A stretch of 54,622 nucleotides of DNA, from NCBI GenBank assembly GCA_032718475.1, contig JAUCBJ010001092.1, forward strand, positions 1-54,622, read 5' to 3'. The notes beneath the pieces were generated by a model. It worked only from the letters and a program-made list of their open reading frames with translations, was not told the origin of the DNA and did not search any database. The stretch is from Nemertoderma westbladi. Its lineage: Eukaryota > Animalia > Xenacoelomorpha. The position numbers and the translations under genes are program-made. Below, in pieces: positions 12,630 through 24,402 of this stretch (positions are counted from its first letter, which is position 1; each line of letters starts with the position of its first letter).

Positions 12630-13311
12630 ATGTTGTTCAGCTATCAAAGTGTAAGCATAAGCTCAAAAGATGGTATGCTTGAGCATGTGGATGACTTCTG
12701 TTACCTGGGATCATGGATCCGGAAGTCAGGTGAGGACCTTCGAATACGTAAGGTAAAGGCATGGGCAGCCTTGAATAGGCTTTCCAGGATTTGGAAGTCA
12801 CCGAGAATTAATCGGAAACTTAAGGTCCGGTTATTTAGAGCAGCAGTAGTTCCAGTACTCCTCTATGGGAGTCCATGCTGGGCTCTAACTGCTGAGGACA
12901 CCAAATCTCTGGACGGCACATTCACAAGAATGCTACGCCGGGTTCATTGTGTCAAGTTCAATGCACACATCTCCAACCAGACACTATATAACATTGGAGG
13001 TGTCTCATTGGTTCCCCCAAGCTTGACACTAGAACAAAATCGCCTCCGCTTTGCAGGACATTGCTTTCGCCGTGAGGACCCGCCAGTGCATAATCTTGTA
13101 CTTTGGCAGCCTCATGGAGTGAATAAGCATGGTGGACAGCCCATGACTTTCTTGAGACGCATCTTAAAGGACACTGGCCTTGAAGATGCGGATGATCTAG
13201 CAAATGTCATGGGTGATATTGAGTTGTGGCGGTGCAATTTTGTCGATAAGCCGGCACAGCATTCTTAAAAATGCAGCTGTAATGCAGCATGCCGATCCTA
13301 GTAGTAGTAGT
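12630..13311 (+). mobile_element. 5'-truncated RTE-group non-LTR retrotransposon (ORF2 C-terminus plus (TAG)n tail)
   Basis: DFCYLGSWI, KAWAALNRLSRIWKS, LKVRLFRAAVVPVLLYGSPCW and RLRFAGHCFR are typical of the post-RT region of RTE/RTEX elements. Stop at 13268; short tagtagtagtagt tail at ~13299-13311. Confidence 0.85.
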
Positions 13312-14132
13312 GGGTATTCAGTTTCGCGTTCCATAATGTTGATAATATGCTAATATTTCGAATATCGCACATTGAATCCTTCTCACCTTTTTTATTTAAC
13401 AGCAAACTAAATAATAACTGAATATGAATAATATATTAATAGTTATGTTAACAATTTTCCAATACGTATTTGGTGGTCATACATACTGTACAAACAAACA
13501 TACATACAAACAACATACATACTGTATATACTCCATCCTTCATGTTTCTGCCGGTAGTATTTTTTTCAAGAGTAAGGATTTTTTTCATTATTTTTGAAAG
13601 TATTTTTTTCATTTTTTTTCGAAAGTATCTGTTTCATTCTTTATGTAGAGATTTCAGGCTTTTCGTTTCATTTCCTATTCATATGCAGTAGAGTAATGTG
13701 GTAATGTACAGTACTGCAGTGGGACTAGCCCCTTTTCACTGTGCCAGTGTTGTGTTCCGGTCTGGTAGTAGGCATAATTGTTTTGTTTACGTCCCTGTAA
13801 GTAACGAATAGGTCGTTCCTGAAAAAAACAATGAAAAAACTACTTTCGAAAAAAATGAAAAAAATACTTGCTTTCGAAAAAAAAGAAAAAAAATATTATG
13901 GGTATTCTGGCGTCTGGTCAGCTGGTATCCAGCTATTAGGCCTATAAATAATACATTAGGCCTACATACAGACATATACTGTATAAAGAATATTATTACC
14001 GGTACCAGTACACGTAATTAAATTAATAACTACCGGTACCGGTACTGAACTATTGTATAAATAATAATGTAAATTACTCAAAGTGAAAGTGAAGAGAATA
14101 GTACCGGTAGCTAGGTATCTGTAAGTAGATAA

Positions 14133-14239
14133 GATAGAACCATGTCGAACAATAACTCCAGCTACGAGAGTAGATAGGATAGAACCATGTCGAACAATAA
14201 CTCCAGCTACGAGAGTAGATAGGATAGAACAGTAGAACC
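14133..14239 (+). promoter_or_regulatory. Duplicated start-codon region of RAB3GAP1 forming two identical 11-codon upstream ORFs
   Basis: gatagaaccATGtcgaacaataactccagc occurs with ATG at 14142 and 14187, and tagaaccATGtcgaacaataactccagc at the true start 14240. The first two read MSNNNSSYESR* (stops at 14175-14177 and 14220-14222). Confidence 0.75.
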
Positions 14240-17200
14240 ATGTCGAACAATAACTCCAGCGACGAGGAGGAAGTCTTTGAGATAACCGACTTCACAACTG
14301 CCACGGATTGGGAAATATTTACGGCTCGTATTGAGGAGATACTCCATGAATGGAATCTCCGCGACTTACCGCTGCAGTCACCGGGGGAAACTTATCAACC
14401 TAGGAACTCTGTGCCTGTATGGGAGGAACAGCAATGTAATGTTAGTTTTAGTTCCACGTTATTTACGGTAACTCGATATTCTTTGCGGCCCTTCAACTTG
14501 TGTAGTTTAGAAGACGGTAAAGCCGCTATCGATGGTAGTAAAAATAGTTTGCCAAGATATCTTCTAGATATGCAAACGAAAGACCGCGAAGAGTTTCCCA
14601 CTAAGGAGCATTGTATCTACCGCTGGTTCGGTCTCACTGATTTCGTTATCGTAGCGCCAATTAGCGACATTGTCGGAACCGAAAGTAAAATCGGATTGTT
14701 AGTTAGTTCGTTAAACATCGCGTTGAGTAACACCGATGGTTGCGTTCCCTGGTTCGTACAGATCCTACAGCGATGGCGTCGAGTGTTTCTGGGTGTCGGA
14801 CTCTCCCCAACTAGCCACACAACCTACACAACGTCTCACATCCACAAACCGCCACAGAAACTCTCCCATCTCAACGGACTAGTCAGTTTACTCAAAGAGA
14901 AACTCTCCGACCGCCTCTGTCTAACTCAAGCGAACCTTTCTGTATCGGCGAGGTTCACCTACTCGGTACCGGTCCCCGACTGGGAGGATGTTTCCGTCTC
15001 ACCCCAATCCATCGGCATCCAATGCGGTGCGATAAACGATGGTATATCCGAACTCCAACTCTCGACTATTTGGAGTGACATCGAGGAATCCTTGGTTGTA
15101 GACAACGGGAGTTACACGAACCTGCATCCTCTAGAAGCTCCTCGATGGACTCTAAGGGTCGTCGTCGATAGCGGCTCCGCTAGAACTCGTCTAGAGGAGT
15201 TACTCAACCAATGGGTTGGCCTCCTGGAGGGCACCGAGACCTCCACATCCGTTGTCGAGGCTGCAGGATCCAACCGGGTTGAGTTCGCTTCCGCGTTGAA
15301 CAAACTGACTAATACGAAACTCTCCCGGGACATCCCGTCGCTCACCGACGTCCTCAGAGTCGATGCCATCGGCGTTGCTAGCGGCAACGATAATCAACCA
15401 ATATCGCCGGAAAGTTTAGATAATTTACTTCAGTTTATTTTCCCGGATTCTATGGATGAAGTTACAATCCATCGGAAACAGAACGAGGGGGGGCAGCTGG
15501 GAGGGGGGAAGGTGGGAGGGGGGAAGGTGGCAGGGGGGGAGCTGGGAGGGGGGAAGGTGGCAGGGGGGAAGCTGGCAGAGGGGCAGCTGGGAGGGGGGAA
15601 GGTGGGAGGGGGGCAGCTGGGAGGGGGGAAGGTGGCAGGGGGGAAGCTGGCAGAGGGGCAGCTGGGAGGGGGGAAGGTGGGAGGGGGGAAGGGAGGGGGG
15701 CAGCTGACAGAGGGGCAGCTGGGAGAGGGGCAGCAGGCAGGGTGGCAATTGGGAGAGGGGCAGCTGGCAGGGGGACAGCTGGTAGAAGGACAGCTGGCAG
15801 AGGGGCAGCTGGGAGAGGGGCAGCTGGGGGAGGGGGAGGAAGCTCAAGGGGCAGGTCAGACTCTGGGAATGGGCGATTCCCCAATAACTAACCCCAAAAT
15901 CTACCCTGATTTACCCCGCAGTGACTCATCAGATTCTGAACCGTTGGAATCCGACTCAGGGAATCCGGGGCTGTTCGAACCCATTGAACCAACCGACTCA
16001 GTTAACCGACTCACTGAGGACCAACGACGACTAAAGGCTGCCCCGACTAACAGCCTCGCCCACCGATTGGCTGTCGCCCTGGTGATGGTCTCAGACTCGG
16101 CCCCGGCCGTGGCCCAACTTTGGGGTGAAGTTATTCTAGAACTGCGTTACCGTCTGGAGAACAACGTACCGCTACCGGGGACCCAAGGACCGCCAGACTT
16201 GGCCTGCTGTCTGCTCCAACAGAAACTCCAGCTGCTCAACGCCTGTATCGCGCAGCGGATAAAGCGAGAGGCTACGGAGACCGCAGAGCTTCCGTACAAC
16301 TCGACAACGGCGACCAACTACACAGGGGACGACGAATTCTACGAGTGCGTCGAGCGGATGGACGAGTCGGACGAGTTGGCCTGGGAGTCGGAGTTTCCGG
16401 TTCCGGAAGGGGTCCCGGATCCCCTCCCGGAGGGTCGGGCGCGACTCTGTGAGCCTCCGACGTTCCTACTGAGTCGTCCGACGCAACCGATGTACGTGCC
16501 GTCAACCCAGGAACCGGCGCCAATGACGGAGGACGCCTTGGCCGAGCAGACTGCGTTGCTAGGTCGCCTAGCAACCTCGGAGCTGCGCATGCGCGTGCAG
16601 AGCGCCTCATTGGTCTCCGACATGGAGGCGTTCAAGGCGGCGAACCCTGGCTGCGGATTGGCTGATTTTGTGCGGTGGTACTCGCCGCGCGATTGGTTGG
16701 TCGAGGGCCGGTTGAGTGCGCGGATGTTGGTTGCGGGAAACGCGTGGGAAGAGGCGTGGATAGCGGCGCGAAGCTGCCCCGCCCACAGACAGCGTCGGTT
16801 GTTCGACGATACTCGCGAGGCAGAGAAGGTGATGCACTACCTGAGCGGGTCCAATGTGGGCCAGCTGGTCGGGATGTTGTTACCCGTAGTTATAGCGACT
16901 GGTATAGCTGAGCTGCGGAGAGTCGACAAGGGAGGTCGACTGCAATCTGAAATAGAGCGAATCTCCAAGAGATATTTAGTCGAATCTCAGCAGGACATCA
17001 ACTCGATCGATTATAAAGCGATTGTTTCGCAAATCGCTAAAGTAGAACTTCGTTTGTTTCAGTTTCGCTCCGTTTGCGAGAAGTTGGGCGCGGAAGATTT
17101 GGAAGGGAATCCACAAGACGATGTGTTGGACTTCCTGTGGGATTTACTTCTTAATTCTGGGGATGTGGATATCCCTGGAGGGCCAAACTCCCTGATAGGA

Positions 17201-17419
17201 CGTCGTTTGGCAACGCTACTCTACGGACACTGCCAATCAGGAAGCTTTCCCTCCTTCCCTGCTCCCATTGGCCGAGAGTATATATTGCGCACCTCTCCCC
17301 CAACCAATAGCGGCTATCCTGCATTTCCCCAACGACTTTACAGTGTTATAACTAATAATGAATTCCGAGTTTGTACTGCAATAACTAAGGATACTAGATT
17401 TGTTTATACAACTCCTTAA
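14240..17419 (+). CDS. RAB3GAP1: Rab3 GTPase-activating protein catalytic subunit (single exon, with an in-frame Gly-rich repeat insertion)
   Basis: N-terminal EVFEITDFTTATDWEIF..IEEILHEW. C-terminal catalytic domain with TQEPAPMTED, SASLVSDMEAFKAANPGC..DFVRWYSPRDW, LSARM, QRRLFDDTREAEKVMHYL and REYILR. Confidence 0.95.
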   Translation: MSNNNSSDEEEVFEITDFTTATDWEIFTARIEEILHEWNLRDLPLQSPGETYQPRNSVPVWEEQQCNVSFSSTLFTVTRYSLRPFNLCSLEDGKAAIDGSKNSLPRYLLDMQTKDREEFPTKEHCIYRWFGLTDFVIVAPISDIVGTESKIGLLVSSLNIALSNTDGCVPWFVQILQRWRRVFLGVGLSPTSHTTYTTSHIHKPPQKLSHLNGLVSLLKEKLSDRLCLTQANLSVSARFTYSVPVPDWEDVSVSPQSIGIQCGAINDGISELQLSTIWSDIEESLVVDNGSYTNLHPLEAPRWTLRVVVDSGSARTRLEELLNQWVGLLEGTETSTSVVEAAGSNRVEFASALNKLTNTKLSRDIPSLTDVLRVDAIGVASGNDNQPISPESLDNLLQFIFPDSMDEVTIHRKQNEGGQLGGGKVGGGKVAGGELGGGKVAGGKLAEGQLGGGKVGGGQLGGGKVAGGKLAEGQLGGGKVGGGKGGGQLTEGQLGEGQQAGWQLGEGQLAGGQLVEGQLAEGQLGEGQLGEGEEAQGAGQTLGMGDSPITNPKIYPDLPRSDSSDSEPLESDSGNPGLFEPIEPTDSVNRLTEDQRRLKAAPTNSLAHRLAVALVMVSDSAPAVAQLWGEVILELRYRLENNVPLPGTQGPPDLACCLLQQKLQLLNACIAQRIKREATETAELPYNSTTATNYTGDDEFYECVERMDESDELAWESEFPVPEGVPDPLPEGRARLCEPPTFLLSRPTQPMYVPSTQEPAPMTEDALAEQTALLGRLATSELRMRVQSASLVSDMEAFKAANPGCGLADFVRWYSPRDWLVEGRLSARMLVAGNAWEEAWIAARSCPAHRQRRLFDDTREAEKVMHYLSGSNVGQLVGMLLPVVIATGIAELRRVDKGGRLQSEIERISKRYLVESQQDINSIDYKAIVSQIAKVELRLFQFRSVCEKLGAEDLEGNPQDDVLDFLWDLLLNSGDVDIPGGPNSLIGRRLATLLYGHCQSGSFPSFPAPIGREYILRTSPPTNSGYPAFPQRLYSVITNNEFRVCTAITKDTRFVYTTP
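15484..15840 (+). repeat. G-rich 15-bp coding minisatellite inside RAB3GAP1
   Basis: About 23 units of the type ggggcagctgggagg / gggaaggtggcaggg, encoding GG(K/Q)(V/L)(G/A) and EGQL(G/A) pentapeptides in frame. Confidence 0.92.
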
Positions 17420-17934
17420 GACAATATTGTACCAGTAGTGTCTCTTTTTGTTCCGGGGGGAGGGGGGGGGGGGGGGGGGGGGGGCAAGTTAGTGTCCGCC
17501 AACTACTAACTTGTTATTGTTTTGTATCTTAAATCGAGAACATTCACCTTGTTTTCTAACATTATGATTTATTTTCGCATCTTTTATATAATATAGTTCA
17601 CAGCAAATCTATATAATTATTGTCTTCAGCGTGAACTTTCCTACATGTTTCGTTTTTTTTCTGCGGCCTGTTTCTGCGGACTTTCTATGACCTATGGGGC
17701 CTGTCTTCTGGGTTCATTAGCAAGGATGAAAAGCTTAATCATTTCTGACTTTCCGTTGCCATGGTTGCGCACGCACTCAGACAAAGCATACTTTCCTCAT
17801 ATGTTTGAGTTGCATAACCAGTATGAGTTATAATGAGTCTAACTGTGTTTATTGGATGCCAATCGTTCACGACTTTCCTTTCAGTCTAGAATCTGCGCCA
17901 CGCGTGTCTCACATCAGCCTCGTCTGCAATGCAG

Positions 17935-20158
17935 CAAAGCTCACCCAACGTCACAGCAAGTTGCAGCACCTTGCGCCGTAACACCCTGCGTTGCAGCACC
18001 CAGTTACAGCATCAACTTGCAGCACCCAGTTACTGCACCCTACGTTGCAGCACCCTACGTTGCAGCACCCTACGTTGCAGTAACCAGTTGCAGCACCCTA
18101 CGTTGCAGCACTATGCGTAAAAGCAGCCTGCGTTGTAGCACCCTACGTTACAGCACCCTGCGCAACAGCACCCTGCGTTGCAGCACCCTACGTTTCAGCA
18201 ACCAGTTGCAGCACCCTACGTTGCAGCACCCTGCGTAACAGCACTCTGCGTTACGCACCCAGTTGCAGTACCCTTCGTTGCAACATCAAGTTGCAGCACC
18301 GAGGTGCCGTACTCTGCGTTACAGCACCCAGTTTCAGCACCTTGCGTTACCCTACGTGGCAGCACCAAGGTGTAGCTCTCTGCTTGACAGCACCCTGCGT
18401 TGCAGCACCCTGCGTAACAGCACACTACGTTTCACCACCCTGCGTAACAGCACACTGCGTTGCAGCACCAAGTTGCAGCACCCAGTTGCAGCACCCTGCG
18501 TTACAGCACTCTGCGTTGCAGCACCCTGCGTAACAGCACCCTACGTTGCAGCACTCTGCGTTACAGAACCCTGCGTTACAGCACCCAGTTGCATCATTCT
18601 GCGTTACAGCACCCTGAGTTGCAGCACCCTGCGTAACAGTACACTGCGTTGCAGCACCAAGTTGCAGCACCCAGTTGCAGCACCAATTTGCAGCACCCAG
18701 TTGCAGCACCCTTCGTTGCAGCACCCTACGTTGCAGCACTCTATGTTACTGCACCCTGCGTTGTAGCACCCTGCATTACAGCGCCCATTTGCAGCACCCT
18801 GCGGTACAGCACTCAGCGTCTCAGCACACTGCGTTGTAGCACCCAGTTGCAGCACCCTGCGTTACAGCACCCTGCGTTTCTGCACCCAGCTGCAGCACCC
18901 TGCGTTGCAGCACCCTGCGTTTCTGCACCCAGTTGTAGCACCTTGCGTTACAGCGCCCAGTTGCATCACCCTGCGTTACAGCACCCTGCGTTTCTGCACC
19001 CAGTTGTAGCACCCTGCGTTACAGCGCCCAGTTGCAGCACCCTGCGTTTCTGCACCCAGTTGCAGGACCCTGAGTTGCAGCACCCTGCGTATCAGCACAC
19101 TGCGTTACAGCACCCTAAGTTGCAGCACCCTTCGTTGCAGCACCATTCGTTGCAGCACCATACGTTGCAGCACTCTGCGTTACAGCATCCTAAGTTGCAG
19201 CACTCTGCGTTACAGCACCCTGCGTTGCAGCACCCTGCGTATCAGCACCCTGCGTATCAGCACACTGCTTTGCAGCACTCAGTTGCAGCACCAAGGTGCA
19301 GCACTCTGCGTTACAGCACCCTGCGTTGCAGTACCATGCGTAACAGCACACTTCATTGCAACACCCAGTTGGAGCACCCTTCTTTGCAGCACCATACGTT
19401 GCAGCACAATACGTTGCAGCACTCTGCGTTACAGCATACTAAGTTGCAGTACCAAGGTGCAGCACTCTGCGTTACAGCACCCTGTGTTGCAGCACACTGC
19501 GTTACAGTACCCTACGTTGCAGCACCAAGGAGCAGCACCATACGTTGCATCACAATACGTTGCAGCACTCTGCGTTACAGCATCCTAAGTTACAGCACCA
19601 AGGTGCAGCACTCTGCGTTACAGCACACTGCGTTGCAGCACCCTTCGTTGCAGCACTCTGCGTTACAGCACCCTAAGTTGCAGGCAGCACCCTACGTTGC
19701 AGCACCCTTTGTTGCAGCACCATACGTTGCAGCACTCTGCGTTACAGCATCCTAAGTTGCAGCACTCTGCGTTACAGCACCCTGCGTAACAGCACCCTGC
19801 GTTACAACTCCCAGTTGCAGCACTCTGCGTTACAGCACCCTACGTTGCAGCACCCTGCGTATCAGCACACTGCGTTGCAGCACCCAGTTGCAGCACCCTA
19901 AGTTGCAGCACTCTGCGTTACAGCACCCTGCGTTGCAGCACCATGCGTTACAGCACACTTCGTTGCAGCACCCAATTGCAGCACACTTCGTTGCAGCACC
20001 ATACGTTGCAGCACTCTGCGTTACAGCATCCTAAGTTGCAGTACCAAGGTGCAGCACTCTGCGTTACAGCACCCTGCGTTGCAGCACACTGCGTTACAGT
20101 ACCCTACGTTGCAGCACCAAGGTGCAGCACCATACTTAGCAGCACAATACGCTGCAGT
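17935..20158. repeat. Degenerate 15-bp minisatellite (gttgcagcaccctgc family), ~2.2 kb
   Basis: Continuous variants of gttRcagcacYctRc with 12-15 bp units. All overlapping ORFs here are repeat artefacts. Confidence 0.95.
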
Positions 20159-20520
20159 TAATATACAAACATTTGTAGTTTAGACACTTTGAATACCTCA
20201 ATATAACGCTTGAGGGCTTCCACAATATCATTCCATTACACAATGGTGTACATTACACACACAATGCTGTTCTGTATTATTGTAATATTTATTGGTGGTG
20301 GGCTGGTAATATTAATATGTTATCGTTCTTATTTTGTACCACCGTTAGATTACATATATTCAATAGAAACTGGTTAAACAACATGTTGTATTGCTCATCT
20401 CAATTTGGAATAAATTGTATAAATGAATTCTATTATATGTATTTATGAATTTATGTATTATATGTACAAATTTAGGAATCGCGTAATTTTTCTTGAAATT
20501 AATATCTCATATCTCTCCAA

Positions 20521-20563
20521 ACCACGTACGCGTTTCGACCTTACTGGGTCTCATCAGCGTGGT
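20521..20563 (-). ncRNA. Minimal type I hammerhead ribozyme
   Basis: The - strand reads ACCACG CUGAUGA GACC cagtaa GGUC GAAA CGCG UA CGUGGU. Stem I is 6 bp, the CUGAUGA and GAAA core is intact, stem II is 4 bp closed by G-C, stem III is a palindromic minimal ACGCGU, and the cleavage triplet is GUA (cut between 20527 and 20526). Confidence 0.85.
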
Positions 20564-20625
20564 GTCGGATTCGAACCTGGGACCTCGAGGTGGAAGCCGA
20601 GACTACAACCACTAGGTCACAGGTT
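20564..20625 (-). ncRNA. tRNA-derived (SINE-head-like) Pol III internal promoter directly upstream of the hammerhead
   Basis: A-box TGACCTAGTGG (20609-20619) and B-box GGTTCGAATCC (20567-20577) at tRNA-like spacing, with an anticodon-loop-like CTTCCAC. There is no intact acceptor stem, so this is not a functional tRNA. Confidence 0.7.
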
Positions 20626-21767
20626 CTTGAGATATGGAGTATTAATTTCAAAGCCAGCTGCCATTTTATTAGCCCCTGATTTTTGATTATTGATAGTAAC
20701 AATGTGTTGGCAAGCTGTATTTATCGAGGTGTCCCCCAAACTGCCAAAACAAATAAACGGCCACTTTACTAATTGAGGGAAAGGATCAGGTTACAGGTGC
20801 GGCCTTTTCTAACCAAAACAATCAGACAATAGCATAAACGATCACTTTACCAATTGAGGGAATCCATATGGTCAGACAGTGACAGTCAGTAGTCACGTCA
20901 CATGGTCAGACTCAGACTGTCAGTACAGCAGTAGGCTGGTAGGCCTAGTCACTCTAACACCAAAAAAATCAGGTCTGCAGGTAGTCAAGCAATAGCCTGA
21001 TAGCTGAATATGGAATAGGCTGATAGTTGGATAGGTCTGTAGGTAGGCTAGGCTACTGTAGAATGACAATTATAAACGGTTGTAAAGGTCGGTCCCAAAC
21101 TGCCTAAGTAATGAAATGACCCTTCTTTTCTACCAATATAACCTGATAACAGTTGACAGTCACAGCTGACAGCAGCACAGTGTGACAGTACAGGCCTAAA
21201 TAATCTTCTACCGGCACCTTTATAATTCAGTAATTTTCAAATGTTTCAAAATTGTATCTGCAGATCTGTAGGCCTGTCCTATCCAATACTGCAATAGCAG
21301 GGAATAGCAGAATAGGGCAGTACTGCAGTAGGGCCTACTGCAATAGCCTAGTGCCATGCCTACTGCAGATGCAGTAGGCCTACTGCCTACCCAGCTGCCA
21401 GCTACCTCCTGAGTCTGACTGCCTGACCCCTGGGCCTGGCCTGGCCCTATCTGTCTATATCCAACCAAATTACTTTTGCATATTATTTCTGACTGTCTGA
21501 TGACCGACCTACTGACTGACTGACCTATTTTTTTTTAAATCCGTTCGAATTGTTTCCTTTCAATATATTCGTTAATTCCTGAATTCTGTAATTATTTTAT
21601 ATCGTGCTGTCAGGCTGTCGTGTAATATAGCCTAGCTGTACAGCAGTAGCCTAAGCTGCTAAGCAAAGCACTGAACATACAACTGTACAACATAAAAAAG
21701 AAAGGCGAGCGACTGTCAGTCAGTCAGTCGCTAAAAAATTAGCGAAAAAATTAAAAAATCTCAGTTG

Positions 21768-21830
21768 TTAAAAAATTTCGGCTCACTTCGCTCAGTCGCC
21801 GACTGAGCGAAGTGAGCCGAAATTTTTTAA
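21768..21830. repeat. Perfect palindrome with 31-bp arms and a 1-nt spacer
   Basis: ttaaaaaatttcggctcacttcgctcagtcg-c-cgactgagcgaagtgagccgaaattttttaa. Confidence 0.95.
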
Positions 21831-24402
21831 ATCTTCCATAGGCCTAATTGTTAAACTAACAAATCGGCGCCGGTTTTTATTTTTGGGCTGTTGGGAGCGC
21901 GATGCGCCAAAGCCGGCGCGGCTGGCGGCGCGATTTACGATTTTCGAGCATGCCACGCGCCACATTGGCGCGCTTTTATTGCAAAGCGCGCCGGATTAAT
22001 CCGGCGCAAAGTGTATGGATTCCAGTCTGCCAGTTGCAGTCTGGCCGCGCATGCCTGCATGCACCGAAAAAAACGCGCACACCTCATTTTAACAAAAAAA
22101 CAAACGAAAAACAAACGTGAGCGAAGCGGTCCGACGAATCTGTACAAAAAAATACAAAATAGTACAATTGGCCTATAGATTTTGACTGGCATACAGGCAT
22201 ACAAGTAGCTGAGTAGGTAGAAATAGGCTACTCTGCGTATAATACAATATAATCTGATAATGCTGTAGGCAGGTAGGCCTAATGCAATACATACTATGCA
22301 GTGGGTAGATAAAACTCAAAATATAGGTCATACGGTCAGACGTAGTCTTAAAGTAGCCCATATACTGACTGACTGATACTGAAGGATAGACTGCCTGACT
22401 ATATGCTGGTACCGTATGCTACGTTGCTACGTTATGTCAGTCAGTCAGTCTGTCAGTATGTAGGCTATGTTTGTCCTATGTCATATGTTCTGTATGTTCT
22501 ATCTGCAACTTTATTGAGTTTTTTTTTTGCTGACTGCTAGACAGCTAGATCAACCCCCACTTAATGCATGGCTTGCCCCACAATCAGACAATGCTTTGTT
22601 TTATTTTGCACATCATGTGCTGTGCGCCCCTGTACATGATTTGAAGTTTGAACTACATGTGGCAGCTTGGATACACGTTTTGCGTTTCTCCATTCTCACT
22701 CGTTTGTACTCTTTTTGTACTATTTTTGCACTCTTTCTTTTGTACTATTTTTGCACTTTATTGTACTCTTTTGTACTATATTGTACTATTTTGTATTCTT
22801 TTGTACTTTTTTGTACAAATTCGTTGGATCGGACCCCGAGCGAAGCGAGCAAAATTTTTTATTAACAATGCAAAATGAAAAAGATATGCGAGCAAAACAT
22901 ATGTGATATGTGCTGATGTGAGCGAAATTCCCGACTGCAATACATACACCTACACCAGTTAGGTCTGTAGGTGAATATATCTGGCGCGAAGCGCCAGGTC
23001 TCTCTGGCGCGATTTGCAGAATATTGTGAACTAAAGTGGTGCGACAGGCGCGCTTTGAGTGCCGTGGCGCCTCGCGCTGAGCGTCAGGAGGGCTCTCAAT
23101 AGTCTCAAAGCTTGTGCTCTCAATGCTTTTAAAGTTCGTGCAAAGTGCAGAAGTGAGAACAAGAGTTTGCCACAAAAAAAATTGCTTCGCTTGCGTTTCA
23201 TTTACATTTTGTATTGTCAAAATTGCTCTCTAATCATCAATTGACAGATTGACTTTGCGTGTTTCCTAAAAGACAAAATAACAACACATTTATCCGTCAA
23301 TATACCGGTACTGATATACTGTAGAATTCAAGTAAATAATACATAGGCCTACATACAGCAGTACAGTATATTGAATTTTTAATTATTGAAATGGTAACAC
23401 ATTGATGGACCAATGAAATTATATATAGATATAATTCTGATAATTTATAGTACAGTAGTCTGGTAGTAGGCCTATTCTGTTCCAAACTAATCAGCTGTTT
23501 CAATTAAATATCAGATGTTTTAAAGAGAGATCCCACCCGGACAATAAATATATATTAACGAATGGCTTGAAAATGTGTTCAGTTTAATGTTTTTTTTATG
23601 TTTTTTAAAAAAAATTCTAGTACGGTACCGGCAGGCCGGTCTGCCGGTAGGTTAGGTTGGTATTGGCGCGATTTCGGACCCGCCACTGGCGCGGTTTAAA
23701 GACACTATTGCAAGTTTTGCGAAATTTAGACATTTGAGCAATCTGACAATGCAAAATGGAAAGAAACGCTAGCGAAGCGAGCGAAATTTTTTGTGGCAAA
23801 TTATTTTTCTCACTTTGCATGCATGAAAAACTTTTTTACACCTCATCCGCCTGTCCACGCACCTTATGACTTTTGATATTTTGCACAGATTGAGATTACG
23901 GTACTGCGCACTTTTGTTGTCTTTCACATAATTTCGCGCACTTTTATTTCAATTCCGCGCGCTTTTACCGCGGACTATTTCAAATACGCGCACAACGCGT
24001 TGCGATTTTTGCACTTCATTTGCAGCCTGGTTTGCAATATTACAGTGCAACATATGCTACCGGTAATTAGCTAATCAAGTATTGTTACCGGTATTATTAA
24101 TTAACTATGTACCATACAAATTACAAATACCAACAAATACTAGTGTACCACTAGTATATAATTATAGACCTACTACCGCTCATGGCTACCACAAACCACG
24201 ACCACCTGGGGCACCTACCCTGTAATATAAAGCTGTAAAGATATAGTACAGTACCACCGGTACCAGACTCCAGACTACCCCTATATGATATATACTGAAC
24301 TGATAGGTAGGCCTATACCAGTATACAGGAAACCGTAAAAAATTGAATTTAATATATTATATAGAGATAATAGGCCTACTATTCAGGGTATATCATTATA
24401 TC

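Noticed and set aside
17852-20161. Gln/His/Cys-rich ORFs up to 368 aa
   Set aside because: They are translations of the 15-bp minisatellite, with no unique domain.
20564-20625. Functional tRNA-Gly gene
   Set aside because: A and B boxes are present, but the acceptor and anticodon stems do not pair properly and the 3' side is replaced by the hammerhead.
24343-24402. N-terminal extension of NUP98 from the TTG start
   Set aside because: This is a eukaryotic gene, and the ATG at 24403 gives the expected MF… start. The same reasoning applies to the TTG starts at 6135 and 37467.
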